From Octopus sinensis (Eukaryota), in contig NC_043003.1 in assembly GCF_006345805.1 (NCBI RefSeq), positions 19,964,001 to 20,028,000 of the forward strand: 64,000 nucleotides of DNA, in the 5' to 3' direction. Shown here one piece after another: positions 60,881 through 64,000 of the stretch. Positions within the stretch are counted from its first letter, which is position 1. Each line of letters begins with the position of its first letter. The notes under the pieces were generated by a model. That model saw nothing but the letters and a program-made list of their open reading frames with translations, searched no databases and was not told the origin of the DNA. The translations under genes and the position numbers were made by a program.

Positions 60881-61228
60881 AGAGGGCATTATACATACAT
60901 GCCAGAGGGCATTATACATACATGCCACACGCTAAGAGGGACAATTAGTAATTTCTACCAAAAATATTACTAACCCCACCGAATGCAATTTTTCAAAGTA
61001 AGACATTTAAAAAAATATAGACCTGTATCACAGTGATTTCATACTTACGTATTCATCAGCAGGCCTGAATGTATCATAAATAAACGACCCTGCCTCGCTT
61101 AAGCCGATCAGCTAACTGATCAACATCAACGAAGCACATGGGTGAGTTTACATATATTACATCCTGTAAATGGCATACTTTTACGAATTGCATTTCGGGA
61201 AAGGAAAAGTTTTTTCGGATAAAAATAT
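60881..61228 (-). mobile_element. Solo ~350-bp hammerhead-bearing element between (TA)n tracts
   Basis: Unique sequence bounded by (TA)n, with a terminal 23-bp tandem duplication agagggcattatacatacatgcc and no ORF. Confidence 0.6.
61019..61066 (-). ncRNA. Complete canonical type I hammerhead ribozyme
   Basis: AGGCCUG-CUGAUGA-AUAC-GUAA-GUAU-GAAA-UCA-CUG-UGA-UA-CAGGUCU: 7-bp stem I, GNRA-capped stem II, 4-bp stem III, AUA triplet (cut 61026/61025). Confidence 0.85.
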
Positions 61229-61245
61229 AACATATATATATATAT

Positions 61246-61282
<37 letters not shown>

Positions 61283-61284
<2 letters not shown>

Positions 61285-62561
61285 CTTTGATACTTTGATA
61301 CTTTGATAGGTTTCGGCCATGTCTAACTTAATAGCACCACCTGGTGAAGTCTTTCAAGTCAGAATTTGGGCACTATGGCCCACTCAAGTAGAGAGTTATT
61401 GTTTACAGAGACATATCCGGGTGTAGGGGGTTTATCCGGGATTTCTTGAAGGAATCTGTCCAAAGACGTCTTGAACCCTATAGGGTCAGTTTCTGTTTTA
61501 ATGTGTTTTGGTGTAATGTTAAAGAGAGCGGGGCCAATTGAGGTGAAATAATTGTGCCGTATTGTTATGAGATGAGAGTGCGATTTTTGTTTTGGGCGGA
61601 TGGCACGGGGCCCAAGCCTTGGATGTACCTTAAAGGTGATGCCAACATCATTTGGGCAATGCTGATGGAATATTTTCCACATCATGCAGATGATGTAGCG
61701 GTCACGACGACGTTGGAGAGAATCGAGTTTTAGCTTTTCTAGTCGACCCCAATAGTCGAGGCCTGTCATGCCATCTATCTTTTTTGTGATTGCCCTTTGA
61801 GGTGCTTCAACTTTTATGATACCTTGTATTGTGTGGGGAGACCACAGTGGACAACAGTATTCAAGGTGGGGTCGGGCAAAGGTGGAGAAGAGAAGGATAA
61901 TGGTGTGGATATCTCTCGACTGGAAAGTTCTGAGAATCCAGGAACACATTCTGCGGGCCATGTCAACTTTGGTGTTTATATGAGTGGCCCAGCTTATGTT
62001 GTTGTCCACAATTACTCCCAGGTCTCTGATGTTGTTGGACGCCGCGAGAGTTTCACCTGAAGGAAGGGAGTATGGGAGTTTCAGGGCATCCTCTTTTCCA
62101 AGTGGATTAGCTCAAATTATCCTCGTTCAGCAGCATATTGTTTTTTTCTGCCCATTGGATAACAGCCAGTAGATCTGACTGAAGGCATGTCCGGTCATTC
62201 GCCTCATTTATGACCTTCTGTAGCTTGGAGTCATCTGCAAAGATTTTATATTGCTGTGCTTGATGATGTCATTAATGTCATTAATGTAAATGATGAAAAG
62301 AAGTGGGCCCAGCACAGTGCCTTGCGGAACGCCACTACTGACTTTGGCTGGGCTTGATTTTACCCCTTCAACTACAACATGTTGAGATCTGTCTGTCAGG
62401 AAACACTTGATCCATTTCAGTAACTTTCCAGAGACACCAATGTTGGATAGTTTTTTCAATAGGATCTTGTGATCGACCCTGTCGAAGGCCTTACTGAAAT
62501 CAAGGTAGATGACATCGGTGTTGGAGCCCTCTCCCAAAGCTCTCAAAATGTCCTCAAAGTG
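61283..62561 (-). mobile_element. 5'-truncated CR1-clade LINE (RT domain, C-terminus, (TATCAAAG)n tail) inside (TA)n
   Basis: VIYLDFSKAFDRVDH, SGVPQGTVLGPLLFIIYIND, FADDSKL (shifted frame), RDLGVIVD, RPHLEYCCPLWSP, LERLKL-like LEKLKLDSLQRRR; three 1-bp frameshifts. Confidence 0.93.
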
Positions 62562-62739
62562 ATATATATATATATATGTTTTGCAAGATACCTGATGTGA
62601 AATAGTGTGTTGCAACAGATATTGGTGTACTTGTGAATGGTCATAAAATAAGAATAAGAAGAATGCTGAAGTGAAGAACAAGTATACCGAACTTGTGGTA
62701 TGACCACCTCCAAATATGACCACCTCTAAATATCAGAAA

Positions 62740-62804
<65 letters not shown>

Positions 62805-62902
62805 TATATTATATATATATCATATAATAAATAGGGTAATAAATAAATTATTATTACCAGAATTTATTTATTTACTGGTAATAATAATTTATTTTATTAC
62901 CC

Positions 62903-62951
<49 letters not shown>

Positions 62952-63252
62952 GTACAATTTACTCTCGCTGTATTTTTTCCCATCTTACGACTATGATCCG
63001 ACAATTTCAAATATGATTGATATGATGATATTGTCTCAATACAACTTTGTTAATCTCAATATAGCTTTTTAAAGAAACCAATATATTTTAGATTGGCCTG
63101 AATGAAAATTACGCAAAAGTGCGCAAAAAAAATCTTTCGCCATATTAATTTGGAAAAGCTTATATTTTTACTGTATATATATATATATTACATGCATATA
63201 TATATGTATGTATACTTATACACATGTATATGCTTATATATACTATATATAT

Positions 63253-63304
<52 letters not shown>

Positions 63305-63555
63305 CATAAAATAAACTTGACCAATGATGTATATATTTATATACATATATACATACATATATATATATATATATAATAATTATTTGAGAGGAATATTATT
63401 CCTAACTTACAGGAAAAAATTCAATTTAGAAATATATATATGTATATATACATATATACACTATGCACTTATATATATACATATATGTATAAAATAATGT
63501 ATGTATGTATGTATGTATGTATGTATGTATGTATGTATGTCTCTATCTATATATA

Positions 63556-63618
<63 letters not shown>

Positions 63619-64000
63619 CATACATACACACACATGCACGCGCACATACTCTTACATACGCATATATATGAAACAGAATACGGCAAAAACATATTTTACT
63701 TCATATTGCTAATGAATCCGTTGAGAATGATGTTAGTGGTTGTTCATATTTATTGACACCACTGGCTTTAAATATCTGATATCCACAATCAGTCTACTAA
63801 TTAGATAACCATTTTAAATAGACACTTCTTTTGACGGAGAAAAATCCTCGCTTCGTATCGACGTGCGTTTGTTAGCTTGGTTCTGGGAAGCTATTAGATC
63901 CTGTTGTTATTAATATAGAACAGCAGCTAATAATTTTGGAGCTGTAGTATATTGAGAAATTTAGCAACTAGATGCGTTTCATTCATATAACGGATTTATA

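Noticed and set aside
62208-62723. ORF start MVIFGGG... as the LINE N-terminus
   Set aside because: LINE similarity begins only at 62561, after a (TA)n tract; the upstream part is flanking DNA read in frame.
2339-63756. Dozens of YI/HT/CV/YL-repeat ORFs in the track
   Set aside because: They are di- and tetranucleotide microsatellites, which lack stop codons by composition.

Overview
This is AT-rich, microsatellite-saturated eukaryotic non-coding DNA with one 100-N scaffold gap at 15708-15807. From the SINE families I infer a coleoid cephalopod, most likely Octopus; no search was run to confirm this. I can support no intact protein-coding gene, rRNA, true tRNA gene or CRISPR array. Almost all listed ORFs are microsatellite translations. 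Identifiable content is transposon-derived. (1) Four tRNA-related SINE families, called A-D here. (2) Non-LTR retrotransposon fragments: two tandem R4/Dong-like 3' ends in (TAA)n plus older Dong-like relics, CR1-clade 3' ends, and an RTE-like relic. (3) A Penelope-like GIY-YIG endonuclease fragment. (4) DNA transposon derivatives: mariner, maT/Tc1-like, Tc2-like and hAT MITEs. The main unexplained signal is about 15 type I hammerhead-ribozyme motifs from about 8 families, none visible in the ORF track. Three stand out: a tandem array of ~360-bp units (5738-6663) whose hammerheads carry a compensatory U3:A8 core pair and a palindromic stem III (retrozyme-like); a tRNA-promoter + (TAA)n + hammerhead composite (39651-39990); and a canonical hammerhead in a solo ~350-bp element (61019-61066). 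All folds were derived by eye and none is tested for activity.
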